A stretch of DNA of 62,654 nt, the filler included, from Choristocarpus tenellus KU-1152 (lineage: Eukaryota; Protista; Phaeophyceae): the NCBI GenBank assembly GCA_964200185.2. It is 12 parts of 12 records of this genome, joined end to end, with 100 filler letters (N's around TTAATTAATTAA, not from the genome) between each part and the next. Parts side by side here need not be neighbours in the genome. Positions count along the whole stretch, not along the records: positions 41,101 to 45,705 come from CAXNAD020013819.1; positions 45,806 to 57,344 come from CAXNAD020002267.1; 10 more parts are not named here. One strand, 5' to 3'. Made by a program: the position numbers and the translations under genes. A model generated the notes under the pieces. The model did not search any database. It worked only from the letters and a program-made list of their open reading frames with translations, and was not told where the DNA came from. Shown here piece by piece: positions 41,300-55,459 of the stretch (the first letter of the stretch is position 1; each line of letters starts with the position of its first letter).

Positions 41300-43090
41300 T
41301 GATCGAGGGGCAAGTTCACCCACCGTACCACTCAAGACGGAATGTTTGATTTGAAGCATTTGCTTGGGTGCGCTGACTGTTGGGGATGCAAGGAATCTTA
41401 AAGTTGTAGAGATCGGGAACTTCGACAAAAATTATGGATTATACGTGGACAAGAGATTAAATTCCCCCTGAGCAACGTGTTGGTGGTCCCTTCAATGGGA
41501 GTAAAGATTTACTATATGAAACAGGGCACCAAGACATCAGAGATGATGGCAACAATGACAAGGTGATAATGTATTATGTAACTGGAAACCACATTTGGAG
41601 TTTACGGAGACAACAACAGCTCAGGTCTATTATTTGTTTAAAGTACTAAATGTCTATATCAAACAGTGACCAAGCATGCTGCACATACATATGGGTATTA
41701 CACATGAAGCATCATTAGGATCATGGGATGAGATTAAAGTACAAGATGATGAAGAGGTGGAGATCAGAAATATATCAGCTATCTGGGGCGTGAAGTTGAC
41801 CCACAGAAGAAAGGGCCCATCTCGAACAGACTTGAGGTTTATAATATAAGAGAACCAATGCAACCAAGACGGGGAGCTGATGAGTGTGGTATCCCCTCCG
41901 ACTTTCTGGTGGCACATTGTATTGGAGCATGGAGTCTACAGATATTAAGTGCACAAGGAGTGTTTTGTTAGTGTGTTTTTCACAAGACATCCATGTATAT
42001 ATATTATAGATGGCCTTTTCCAAACTCCTTCATCATCTTCGACTGAAGCTTGGAAACCCCTTGAAATTCAAAACAGAAACAGCACACACACCCTTCCTCT
42101 AAGTTGTTTGGACTGCCAGGTATTATAGTATGGAAAGGAAAACTCTTAGGATATTGGACGATTTGACTCAAGGTAAAGATAGATAATCAAAATTGAGACC
42201 GATGTCAAAGGAAAAATAACAAACTACCAATGGATTGATGACAACGTAGATTAGGTAGAAATTGTTATTCATATCGAAGTTTAGAACATACCAAGAAAGA
42301 GCAAAATAGCATTAACAGCACTACCCCCCCCAGGAATGTTCCAAGAGTATGTCGTAGTACAATTGGCCAAGAACAAGTCTCCACACAAGATCTTTAATTG
42401 TAGTGAGTGGTGCTTGTTCCTGATTACCTGTTTCACTTTCACTCTGTCGGACATCAGGGGTTGAAACCACCCTCAGAACCATCCTAAAACAAAGGAATTT
42501 TGCTTACTCATCTTGGGAGTCTTCTCACCCTGCATCATCGGTGTTCACTCAGTAGAGATAGCTCACAAAATGGAGGGATCTTGTGTCGAGCAACCCTGCC
42601 ACCTGGACTAGACATCCTCCTCTACATGACGAGGCAGAAGAATTTTGAACAAGACATGAAACAGATGAAAAGTAGAGCAACCAGTGAACAATACAAGCAC
42701 CATACTGGATGTATTCCTCACGCATGCTATTTATCTTCTGCACATTCTTCTCATTCAAAATGATGCTATTACGTCAATATTAGAACACCACACCTGATCA
42801 TAAGTGCAAACTTCTTGAACTAGTTAGTATTTAGAAGCACAGTTACTCTTGGAGTACCTGACATCATACACATGCATCAATGCCTCACCAAAAAATCTTG
42901 TGAGGAACACATAGTGACCTTCTACTGCACACCTGAAACAACCAAAGGGCACCCCTGCCAGAACCTGGGGCACACTATAAAAGGTAGGCAAAGAGACTGC
43001 ACATGCAAGATCTGCTACATCAAAAGTACATCCCTAAGAGCAGTCTATCCAACAACTGAGGTTCCCAGTCCCCAGTTCACAAAGTGAAAC
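41300..43090 (+). mobile_element. Decayed Ty1/copia pol remnant
   Basis: Fragments occur in copia order: LTVGDARNLKVVEIG and SNVLVVPSM (beta-barrel/protease region), MLHIHMG (LWHxRLGH-like), PPGMF...VVQLAK (RT), and QFTK (RNaseH end). Many stops and frameshifts. Confidence 0.55.
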
Positions 43091-46000
43091 AATTTCAGCA
43101 CAGAGATGGAAGCACAAGCACACATGCACAGGGCAGGTGGTCAAGTTTGGGGTGATGCCCTCCATTTTCGCGATAATAAACACACATAGTACACACACAA
43201 ACATTAAACACTAAACACAATTTACCTACGTCTCAAGTTGGTCGCCACATCATCACATCACCACATTTAGAGGGCATTCAACAAAAGAGATACCCAACTG
43301 ACAATAAGTGGCAGACAAGGGACAAGGGACTGAAATTCTGCCCTCTGTCACAGCAACCCCTATGACAGTAGTGGACACAAGATTTGTCCCCCCCCTCTCA
43401 ATGCAATCATTAAGACACTGATGGAGAGAGAGAGACATGACTGAAACAATTACAACACCAATCACCACTCCAAGAGCCCCTCAAATTCCCTTCTCAATTT
43501 GTGAAGGGCAACCGACTCTTGACTTTTGACATTATTACATGTATGCTGCCAATGCTCTCTCTCTAGAGAGAGTCAAAAGCCCTATCAACCTACCCAACTA
43601 TAGCTTTGCTCTCCTCTGTACTCCAGCAACACACCTCCATTCCAGGCAACCAGATCACAAAGTCAACATTCCAAGCAAGTTTGAGCACCTGCAGATCCCT
43701 TCAAAATGTGCTTTTGCATTTACACGCATTACATGGATGCAACAGCATCAGGGAGTTTGATCTCAATCTTCAGACGCATTGCTTGCTCCATTGCCCCTCT
43801 CTTCCTCCATGCTACAATCATCCCCATCCTCCTCCTCTGACACCAACCACTAGAAATCAACACAAGACATTTCCTCCAAGTTTCAAACTGACTCCTCACT
43901 CTTCACCAAAGAAGAAGGCGCGTACTCCAAACAAGAGGAACAATGCACCCCCCACGAGATGGACTGTTTTTTCTGATATGCTGGGAGGGAGGGTGGGGAG
44001 AAAGGGAATATCCCAGTAGTCCATCAGGCGCACAAGGGGCGGGGGAGGGGAAAGGAGAATCACTCAATATGTTACTTTAAAGGCAAAGGCAAAGCTTGCT
44101 GGACTGCAGGAAATCTTCAATTGGATATATCATACTACAGTAGTACATTACCATACTACAGTAGTACATTACCACCACCTCTAGAGCATTTACTACATTC
44201 TCCTGCATCAGTCAGACATACAGCAGCGCACACACCCACATACACTTCAGATAAACTTCAAATACACGTCAAATCAAAAGTCCACAGTAGCAGTGCATAA
44301 CAATAGTGCTGCAGAACCAAAACAGACTCAAAGAAAAAAACAACTGTACTCATCAACAACACTAGGGTCATAAAAGTAGAATCAACGAGGTTACCAGAAC
44401 GTTATGACTACTTCAGCAAAACAAACCAATGTCAGTTTCCCCACGTTGAATATACGCCATCAACGTTAAATACGTAAATTCGAAAATTGGCAGTATACCC
44501 TCTTACACCATCATATCAGTCTCTCAAACATCAATCCGCCCAATATTGGTCAGCAAAAACCTCCGAATTGTCCTCAAATTCAACACACCTAGCTTTTTCT
44601 ACCATCTTAACTTTACTTGAGCAAAACAAAAAGGGGAACAAATACAGAGCAGAACGTGAAGCTTCTTGAATCCACAAGGATCGCAACATCCTCAACGTGA
44701 GAAGAAGCACACATTTTTGTTAGACTCAAGATCATAGTGACCCCCAAACAAAGCCTACGCAGGAAAGTGCTGTGTGTTGTGGGTGGGGCGTAGTTATGAC
44801 GATTGATGGTACGTCCTGAATTTCGCAAGATGGTGAGCTGTTGTGAGGAGCCGCTTTGCTTTTTCACAGTGCAAATATATATATATATATATATACTGCA
44901 AATAAAAAAGAATAAACATAAAAGGTTCTTTTTTCCATTTTTTTTTCACATCTCTTCAAGTAGCTGCATAGAGACAAGAACGAGATGAGGCCAGTACAAT
45001 AACAAAAGAGAGGTAAAACAAGAAAAAAACGGGGAGGGGGTACGACAGTGACAGTTGAAGATCTACACCAATTCATGTCTGCCAATAGCGACTGCTACGT
45101 AGAAATATCTTACAAACCGTTTCAACAACTTGAGATCTTCAATCTGTGAGATCGCCCTTCTTACATACACACTTTTATAGTATAGTGTATGTATCTATCT
45201 ATTGGTTTGCTATTGTTTGCTCGTGAATATGTCCACATCAAAATTTGTCTTTCCTTACACCAGCTTTCTAATGACTCACATACATAGTCACATACTCAAC
45301 ATCTTAGTCTATATCCCTTAGTCTATGCCTTAGTCCATATCACAACCTCAAAAAAAATAAATCCCCCACCACTTCCGGGACATGTCCAAGCCTCACCGAG
45401 TGGCAAGCATACGCCCTCCAATGACCGCCAGCCCTGTACATAGCGAGTGCCCTACCACCCCCCCTACAGTAACGCCAACCACATTCTTCGCCGCTGCAAG
45501 AGCAATAGTTGCAATTTGAGAGCGGTCACCCCACTCTGCAAGGAAGGTCATGGTGAATGATGTCAACATCACCTAATAATCATCAATGTAACACAAGGAA
45601 AAGAGGCAGATAGGTAATGGTGGTGAAAGATATCGCGGCTGAGCAGCTTAAGTGTCACAGGATATTTAGTGACATTGAGGGGCAGAGAGGGGCAGGGAGG
45701 GGAAGNNNNNNNNNNNNNNNNNNNNNNNNNNNNNNNNNNNNNNNNNNNNTTAATTAATTAANNNNNNNNNNNNNNNNNNNNNNNNNNNNNNNNNNNNNNN
45801 NNNNNGGTTTATCACCTTTACACTCTTTGATGATTTTGGGGATACTTTAACAGCACAATATTCGGTCTTTAGTCCGATTTCCCCCACCACCTCCTCAGTG
45901 CAAGAGGCTAATTTGATTACCTGTGATCACCCTCCGCCTTGTACCATCCGTGTTCCGTGCCATTGATCTCCTAGCTCTAGGCTGAGTCCCTATCTCTACA

Positions 46001-48167
46001 CGACCTCTTCCTATACTTCTTCACGAAGGCAAAAGAAATGAATATAAGTGTTGTGTGGGCAGTTGGAAGATCAAGAAAGTGTTTTGCAACTACTGGGGGT
46101 TGCAGATATATTGGTCCTTACAGTACCAACTTGAAATGCCCTTACACATAGAATGGAGACACATATATACTCTACGCATGCCTTCACCACTTCCAATTAT
46201 CACCTAATTGGGCCGAGACAAATATTCAAGTTCCTAGATGTACGAAATGCTACCCACTGCTCCTGAGCCTCTGTTTATTCTTATCATTGCAACCGATCCC
46301 CTGGCATACTTGACTGCAGTGCACCCACCTACCGTATAATTCGTTCCCGACCCAGAGATTGCTCCTGCCACATAACCTGTGGGTAAGAGTGTTGAGAGGA
46401 CTATTTTGAGTAGTGTTGTTATCTCACCTAGATATTCCACCTGCCGACGCACATTCTTCCGTGTTGATATGTGTCCTGCTATATATGACCCCCAACCCTT
46501 TATGTCTCAAGTACCTCCATACCTCACAGAAAAGGTCTTGCCTATACTCTCCCCCCTACCGTGGCAAGTCTTACGTCTTGATTCTGCAGCTGTGCTGCTC
46601 TTATCACCTCTGACTTCCCCCTCCTGCTAGTCTGTCCACCCAGTCCCCTTGCTGGTGTAACTAACCTAAACAGATATACATCAGTCGCTGAAGGAAAAAT
46701 CGCCAGAACTGAACTGATAGGACCTGCGAAAAACCGTCTCCTATCACCACTCACACATCCCTACATATTCCACACCTGCACTAGCACTAGCCTCCTGATG
46801 AACATCAGTGAGTGATGGAGGTATTATACGGCCTGAGTATCCAACACACTTGATATCGGGTTCTACCACTCCACGCTACGCCTACAACGAGAATTGCATC
46901 CCAAAGTCCCCAACCACGAAAACCCTTGTTGTACAGTCAAACCTTGGCGGCTTCACAATAATCCACGGGGATCTACAAGTAATTTGCCAATCAAAATCAG
47001 CATTTTCACCTTGGGCTCCCTCTGTCGTTCTGGCATATTGGACCGTGAACATTTATCATTTTTGAGAATTCCTGAAGACCACCCACCTACTGGTCGCCGC
47101 CTTAGTCCTTGTGTCTTGTGTGGCTGTACTGTCGGAGGGGTCCAATGCCTCGCCTTGTGATGCGTCCTCTATTGCCTTCTGCAATTGCGCCCCTTTCAAA
47201 TGAACATTCACCATGTGATTTCCATACCCAAATTACCCTAGATATATTTTCTTTGCTCATACTACATAGTAGATTTCAAGCCTTAGGATTATCTATGCAC
47301 TTGCGAGTAATCTCTATATCCTATCCACATCCGAAAGGTCAGGACTGCATGGTCTTCTCAAGCACGCCTCCACTTTCTGCATACCATCCCACCCCTTCCA
47401 CAGTGAGGTCTCCACTGGTCAAGTCACCTTCACCTCCCAATTCCAAACTGTTGTACTTGAACCTCCTACAGATCTTCTTTCCTATCCTCAGTCGAAACAA
47501 GAATAAATACTGCCAATAGCTCACATTGATCACATTGTAAAGGTTTTTCAGTGGAAGCATATAGGATCAAATCTTCCAGGTTGTATCCTCTGATTGGGTC
47601 AGATAGATCTGTGTGTAATTGTCATAGACGTGCCCTAAACTCCACATTCCCACCACAGCCTTTCAAGTATTCACTAAGCGGCTTAAAGTGTTCGTGTATG
47701 GTGTACACAAGAAATTTGAATGCTCTGTAAGTGTTTAGTTCTGATGGGCTAACCCTAAGGAAAGAAAACGGCATCGTAACCCAAAGGCAATGACTACCAA
47801 AGAGTTGACTCCACAAAGTTGAAATTCAGTTTGTGTCAGTATGTGGGTGTAATCAGCGACATACTCGATGTTCTAGACATCTCAGCGACCGAATTTACAG
47901 TCCAACCCCAAATAGGTCAATTATCACGTAACAACAACTGAAGTTTCCACGTGCCCCACGCATGCTCCCATACGATACTACACATTTGTCGTTCCCTTTA
48001 TGACTTGAAAAAACCGCGACAGTAGTGTAGATTTGAATAAGTACATTTTTATTAAAAGATTGCAGCCCACAATTTATGTTGGAAATACTGTGGAAATTCG
48101 TTCAATACTGAGGGTTTATCTTAGACCTTCCAGCATGCAATTTGGAACCTACGTAGCTCAAACTTTG

Positions 48168-48606
48168 TGTAGCAATGGCTGTGAGAAGGAGCACGGGGTA
48201 CTAGTGTTCAATTAGCACGACTAGCAACAAATGCATTTATATGTACTTCTATCAGTATGTAGCAACCCTACAATATCGCTAGGTTTTCCTGTTCCAACCT
48301 TTATGGACACTTGCTCCCTTACTGCTAGTTGTGTCAAGTGAACAGTGGTACTCCTTGCTTTTCTTCTCACAGCCTTTTCTATACATATTTTGAGCTACTG
48401 CCATCCCACTTAGGTTGCCAATTGCTAACTTTACGGGTTGTTACATATCGGAATATATATGCAATTGTTGCAGGTCGTGCTAAATGAACAGTAGCAACCC
48501 TTGCTCCTCTCTTTACAGCCATTGCCACAATTGTTTTGTGCACATAGATTCCGATATGTAGCAACCCTACAATATCGCTAGGTTTCCCTGTTCGAACTTT
48601 CATGGA
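48168..48606. repeat. Nested inverted/direct repeat cassette
   Basis: Unit A (48168-48243) is inverted at 48453-48529 and, more diverged, at 48323-48375. Unit B is direct at 48256-48308 and 48555-48606. A 20-bp inverted pair (19/20 match) lies at 48435-48454 and 48548-48567. Confidence 0.85.
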
Positions 48607-49603
48607 ACCTTCCTTAATTGTTACCAACCTACATAATGTGCCCTAATCTGTCTAACCCTTCGCAGATGCCAATTAACGGCAACGGTTGTCACACCGCAAC
48701 AATCTACAACAGATCACGCTGAGAAGAGATTCCCATAATAGATTTCACAAATAATAAATTTCACCTTATATCCGACCAGATACTGAAATTTGTAGTAAAA
48801 AGTGACTAAATCTGTCAACTTATTACAGTGGGAAAAATATTTAAATTTGCGAACGGATTGATAGCTAAAACAAGGTTATCTTATCCATACTTCCACACTG
48901 CTACTATCCATATTCGGGTCAGAACCACATTTAAGAACCTCAAAATACCTTTCGGAAATCAAAATGCCTTAACAGTTACCCATCTTGTTGGAGGAAGTAT
49001 ATACAATTCCTCACCTTCTGCCCTGTTCACGAGTATACAAAACGTCTTCTATTACGACCACAGATGTGTATCTGTGTTGGCACAAGTTGCATATTTTCTC
49101 AAGGATCCCTTATTACTATTTCAAAGGTCTTTTCATTATTTCTAAAGGTCTACAAAGAGATATATGCAACGTTGACATTGATTTAACCTGGCTAAAATTT
49201 GGATCTTTCTAATGTCAACAAAAAAAAAATCAACAGAATAACACTTTCGAGGAAGATCAAGATCTTTCTATAAACAAGCAGTTCATATTACACCTTTCTC
49301 CACCTTACCAAACCCAATATGAATACCCAGTATTTTCTCAAAAAATCTCGACTAAAAAAACCCTATGAAAAGGACAAGAGTGCCAGTAGGTGGCAAGGTA
49401 GCACTGTTATGCATTCAACATCCCTACTGCCTTGGCGCCTACACACCTACAATCCGTCCTTGCACACGTACACAACCTGAATTATCTAGTGTGGCATGCA
49501 AAATGTAGAACCTATGTCGACCTCCACAATGACGGCCTACCAAGAGAAGACAGGGACTCCTACCCATCCCAGTATCTCGACAGTTGTTTCTTGCTCTCAG
49601 CGT

Positions 49604-52539
49604 TCAACCAGAGTGGTAGATGTGGCGTTCATTGAGGGGCATTGGGGGGCGGTTGGTATTGCACTCCTCGCTCACCTGGCAAAGCAATCAAATGCACCTT
49701 GCAACATCAGATAGAACTTGCAATACATTATGGTACTCTAAGCAAGAGACAGAAGGGAGTGACTGGTTCCACCTCTTGAAAGTTGCGTAGATAACGACTA
49801 AGCTATCTTGGGACATACTTCATATAATCCAAATGGGAAAAGAGAAGTGTGGTAGGACCAACTAAGGGATGCAATAACAAAGCATAAGGCCTTCCTCACA
49901 CATACTTCAGCTTACCGTAGATCCAGGGAAGTGCTGTACGGCGTAACGGAATGTCTCCAGTTGAGTAGTACTGATCTTTACCTTATCACTCATCACCACC
50001 CATGTCACAATCTGCGAAGGGTAATACCAAGTCACGGATTCCAACCATAGGTGATAAACAGGAGGAAATTAGATCAATCTAAACTATAACAAACTATTCA
50101 GTATCATAGGTCTATATAAACACTTAACAAGGGTGATTGAAACTGAACAATTCACATTTGTTGTACCAGCAGAGGAGGGGGATACGAGATTGCTGCAGCA
50201 GTAAAGAAATATATGTACCTCAACTCCTAATATATATTATACTTCAAAGTGACAAGCTGTAGGGCCAAAGTACAACAAATATAATACAGGTTAACATATT
50301 GCCCTGTCTAATGAGAAATGGGACAAAATTCAAAACGTAAGATCAAGAAAAACTCCCAACTACACTGGGTATCATGAAAATGGTAGAAGTAAAAATTGAG
50401 CGTAAAGAGGCCCTCTTCTTCCATTGCGATGCTGCAAAATGTAAGAAGACTAAAGGGGCAGGGGGGCATGCAGGTCAAAACACTCGGAAGAGAGGATTGA
50501 CAAACAGACGTATCAAAGGTGGTGTTGTAACCTGAACTAGGGATGCACAAGGAGGTAGAATGGCACGGTTTAACAAACTTATCGTAAGAACTCTCACCTC
50601 TGAGCAGGGAGGTGTTGTCAGGCTGCCCAGGTAGGTGAAGTAGGTTGGGCTTGCAGGCAGCATATCGTACGGAGAAGACACAAACAATTCATCTGATGTG
50701 CCTTGGATGTGTGACCAGTATTGTTCAAGCTATTGTTACAAAAAAACAAATCACGGACAGCAGGCAAGAGAAGGAGATCGTGATGAGGAATGGTTAAGGG
50801 ATATGCCCTTAGCTCCGACTAAATTAACATACAGAAATGACACACTTGACCAGGCCAACCCATTTTCGCATCTAGAATGATCAAATAAAAACACTTTGGT
50901 GCAGATGTCAAGCACATTACCACCACAGGCTTCAAGCGCAACACCACTTGGCCAACAAATCCCATTTTCAAGCATCGAGAAGTACCATCAAATCATACCT
51001 CTGAGTTGGCGAAGCCGTGGGAGGCAGAGAACATCACACCCACGACGAGGAGGTTCCCTGAGCCATTTGCGTTAACATGTACAAAGTGCAACTCTCCGTC
51101 CTCTTCTCCCCCGCCAAACTGAAGTAACAATACATTAGAGATAAGTACGAGAAAGTGCCGAACGGAAGGGTGTAGGTGCTGCCAGCCGATTCAACACAGG
51201 TGCGGACAAGAATGGAAAACTACATCCCTTGTCCTGATTTTATCTCTGGTTGAAAGGGTTGTTTACGCATCCGTCGCTGTTCTTGAATACGTCCAGAACA
51301 GTGTACAGTGCAAGCGTGATGCCTTTCAGGTCATACTCCTAATACTGCAGGCTAATCTTTTGACAGGGCTGCACACCATTGTGGGTACAAGCATTTTGTG
51401 AATTCTCGACAGTAGGAGAGTTCTGTAAGAGTTACAGTGCAGCTATCATTAGAATCGAGCGGTCATGAAACTGTTGGTACCGTGTGTTCTGATGGCGAGT
51501 GGACATGCATCTGCAGAAGCTCATAGCTTTGTCCCTCGAACTCCAACGTGGAAGCGTAGTTTTGGTTGTTCAAGCACTGCGCAAAGTCCACCTTCGGGGT
51601 TACGGGGAGGGGTGCATGCGTTATATTGCGTGGATGATATATCCGCATTCGACATTCATCATCGGAATCACGTCCGAGTCGTCGAGGCAGAAGTGAAGTT
51701 TCGTGACGTAACTCCTTGACATCCGTACCTTCCAGCTGTGATCATTCTGCAGGAACCCATAAAGGTTTGAAGGACAGCTCTTGGGTGAGAACATCAAGCC
51801 AAACTTGTCCGGCTGGTGATGATGGCCGAAAGCGCGTCGCGTATTGATCGAGATGTTTAGGGGGAGGGTGACGAGGCGAAGAGAAGGTGCCACATGTTAG
51901 GGCGAGAATAAGGTAGACTCGAACAAGGTAGACTTATTTACGGACAATGGTTTCACAGGAAACTCCTGCTCCATGCCCCGTGCATATGAAAGAAACCTTT
52001 TCACGCCTACTGCTGTGCCTGCGGGTGGGATTGCTTTTCGGGTACACTTACTTCGACTTGAGTCACGTACGCAGCCGCCAGGTTGATCGGGCTCTGCCTG
52101 TCACCGGCACATTCCTGATACTCAAGACTCCAGTCCCTGACCATTGAGGAACAATATGATCAAAATCTTGGCGGGTGTTGCACATAGTGAATTCGTTACT
52201 TGAGGCGTCAGTGTACATGGCCTTCTTGAATGCATGCTATCACGAGATATTCCAAAGCCTTGTCGCTAGGTCCTGCATCCTGCAAGACCCTGCACAATCT
52301 TGGGACCCTTAAAGATACCGTCCATGCGAGTCCACTTCAACCAAGGATTAGGAAAGGACCTCTACAATCAGCACTCACATTGGCTGCAAGGGCTCACTGC
52401 CACTCTCAGCAGTCTCCCTGTATGTCCACGCCGCAGCATCTGTAGCGAGGATGCGCTGGACATCGCTGTGACGACTTTCCTTGGCTGCGACGAGAGCAAG
52501 GCAAGATGCAGTTGTAAAGAAACTTGTGGAAATCTTCAT
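49604..52539 (-). CDS. Secreted alpha-carbonic anhydrase, complete, 286 aa; exons 52539-52379, 52136-52052, 51812-51729, 51591-51481, 51118-50999, 50729-50598, 50011-49916, 49675-49604
   Basis: All GT-AG introns are phase-consistent (861 nt). Motifs: signal-like MKISTSFFTTASCLALVAA, W...CAGDRQSPINL, QMHVHSPSEHT, ELHFVH (three Zn ligands), YLGSLTTPPCSE, VTWVV, NRPPMPLNER. Confidence 0.95.
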
Positions 52540-55459
52540 CGTACTCTTTCTTATCCCTCTGGCAGCGAAGAACAGGATCGAGGCAACTGGATGCGTGAAG
52601 AATGTCAGGGTAGGGTTGTGGGTGGAGCGAAGAAACCTTGTGCGACAAGGGGCTAGGACTGTAACAGGGTAAGGGTGTGACTGAACCTCTTGTGTGTTGG
52701 AGAGTGAACGTGAATGCGTAGTTGCGTAAATAGAAGTACGTGTGTGCAAATGTGGGGTAAGAATAGAGGAGAAAACAAATCATAATCACCAAGAGGCGAG
52801 AAAACAGATTAGATCCAGTATTTGATTGATTATAGATAGAGGCAATCTATGTTGAAGTTGGAAGAGGCTACTAATTACCAAATCAAATGTAGAAAATTGA
52901 TTGATTCTCCTCCTACTTCTTTGTTCTTGGATGAATCGTATGGTATATTACTAGCATAACGAACCTTTTCATTACAACCACGTGTTTTTTTGCCTTTACC
53001 TCTTGAATAAAAATTGTTATTTTGGGGAAAAACAGAACTGGACAATTTTGCGGTTAGTGTGTGATTGTGCTACAGATTTCGTTGTGGCCATGGTGACATG
53101 TATTGTACAAGAACTCCCTGTATCACCATCACAACACCTCAGCATTACATCTAAACCTAATACCCATACAGAATTATTGGAACACTGAATCATAACTTAT
53201 GAGGATGTTGATACGGGCATTGGCTTCGAGTTGAATGCTGTGGTGTCATGAGTAGTCAGGAGACTGAAGAACACGTATGGTTCAAAAATGACGTCCGAAC
53301 ATTTGAAGTCGTACCAAGTCTTTCCCATCGCCTATGCGGCGGGGTCCGTGAAGGAATGCGTAAGCACAGTTTCACGGAATGCGAGACATGACTTGGCAAC
53401 GCAAGCATACATGGACGTGGCGGTCCTTGGATTCTTCGAGTGGATAGGAGAGGAAGCCCCCAGACTTGACCCACCTGACTCTTACCAAGGAAGTATTGGT
53501 GCTGACAACATAGGGAACCGGAAAGAAGACCATTACGAAGACGTTCCTAAGTGCGAACACTTCAATGTGGTCCAGGTGGACTAAGGCGCAGAAGATTGTC
53601 ACCAACTTGTACCTCCCCCTCTGACTAGCGTGAGTAGGAAGGTAGATGTTGCTTGACCTGCTGGTGTATTGCATCTCACTTTTGTAGGTTACACACCTGA
53701 AATGCATAGTCACAGTACTCAATGGGGAGTATAGTAAAATACACACATCCAACCCTTTTCCTACTTCCCAGTGCTGTTCTCGGAGGAAAGTTGCGGTGTG
53801 GGGAGCAGGAGACGGACTGCCTGCAGAAGCTGTGCGACCTGTAGTGGGTGGAACAGCAGAAATCGAGGATTACTGGGAGTACTATCGACCTTGTTTGGAG
53901 AGGTGGGAAGGACAAAGTTTAATCTCCAGCGGTGGCTGAGGCTAAAGCGGTGGGGTCTGAGTCAGGAGGTCCCACCTCGAGTCCTGCCGGCGCCACCCCA
54001 GAAGGACCCAGCCAGGAACTACCCTCTACCGGATCAGGGGGAACATTATTGCCCCAGGTTTCCCCTATTCCTCCCCCTCCAAAAATAATGCCGGGTGGTT
54101 GGGTACCTCCATATCTTGTCCTACGTGCAGTATATAGGCTCTCGGACAATGATGTGCTCCAAGACTTCGACATGAGTGCGACTGAGGCACCCCCACAAGA
54201 AGGGTCCACTTCCTCATGTGACTTAGTCAAGGATGGGGGGTCGGTGGAATCCTCTTCAATGGAGGGTTTAGAGGTAATGAGGACGTCCGGGCTAGTAGCA
54301 AACACAGGATCAAGGAGCCGACAGCAGTTACGAAGGGCTGCTGAGGAGGACTTGAAGTTGGAAGCGGGGTCAAGGAAAATCGTAGGATGGATGACCACAT
54401 TATTGATACCCTCATACCCATATCGGATGATGCGGCTAGAGACATGAGGAGAAACAGACATAATGGGAGAAAGCGCTACTGCAAGGGAAGATGGGCACAA
54501 TTTTGACTGAATGGTCAAGACTGCTAAGCAAGCTTGGAGGACTTTTAGAAGAGTAGTGATACTGTTCAAGCAGAGTTCTGTCGGAAACGGTATCAGCAAC
54601 TGGTGGCAGTGAGGCTGGGACAGAATATCGGTTGTACTGGAATTATGTTGAGAAGTGAGTGGTGGGATAGTGGTGAAGCGGGGCTCGGGGGATTTGGAGC
54701 CAGATAGTGGTGGGACAGTAGTGTTGACTTGTGCACTTTGGAGACAGGCAGCAGTAGTGGGGGGATAGACCTGGGAATCAGTTGTGACAACACAGGTGAC
54801 AGCGTAGTGCTCGGTAGTCTTTGGAAGCATGCCGTGAATGTATGTGTACCATCATGCAGGACGTCATTGGCAAATCTTTGTTTAGATTTGAGGTACTTTT
54901 TTATTTAATGGAATTTATTTATGTAGCAGATCCTCTTATCTTGAGCTTGTGATGCACTAACCAAGCAAAGCTGTCAACCCTGACCTTGTATCATGACCTT
55001 GAGCAATGTTAAAGTAACAATGATATCCCAGTGCTCTTCAGAAGGTTGGTTAGGGTATAGTATTATCCACTGCTCAGAATGAAGTGAGCTGCTCTTGTCC
55101 ATGAGGACAATCTTTACCTAAATACATTGTCAGCAACCAGTGGCAATTAATTCTTCCGACTGTTGACTCTCAACCACTCTCCATATTTTACTGGCAATTG
55201 ACTCTTTGTCCTGTATTTTGCTTCTTCCTACCTCTTCTTGCATGTACCTCACCAAAGTACGATACAAATTGTACCGTTCACTATCACACAAAGTGTCAAT
55301 AGCGCAAAACGCAAACCTCTGTTTGACAAGCAAGATTCCGTCATCAGGACCTCATCCAAACAACCTAACCGCTTTCTTCCTTTACTTGCAGTGTGCTATG
55401 AGCTTCTTCCTAAGCTCATCAAATCCCACCTCCCTCTCCACATACTCTACTGGCGAGTA

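Noticed and set aside
46200-47500. Possible copia integrase-region remnant
   Set aside because: Only a vague resemblance, with no diagnostic motif I can support.
53919-54830. 303-aa minus-strand ORF
   Set aside because: It has no recognisable motifs and is probably the antisense shadow of the decayed plus-strand coding sequence.
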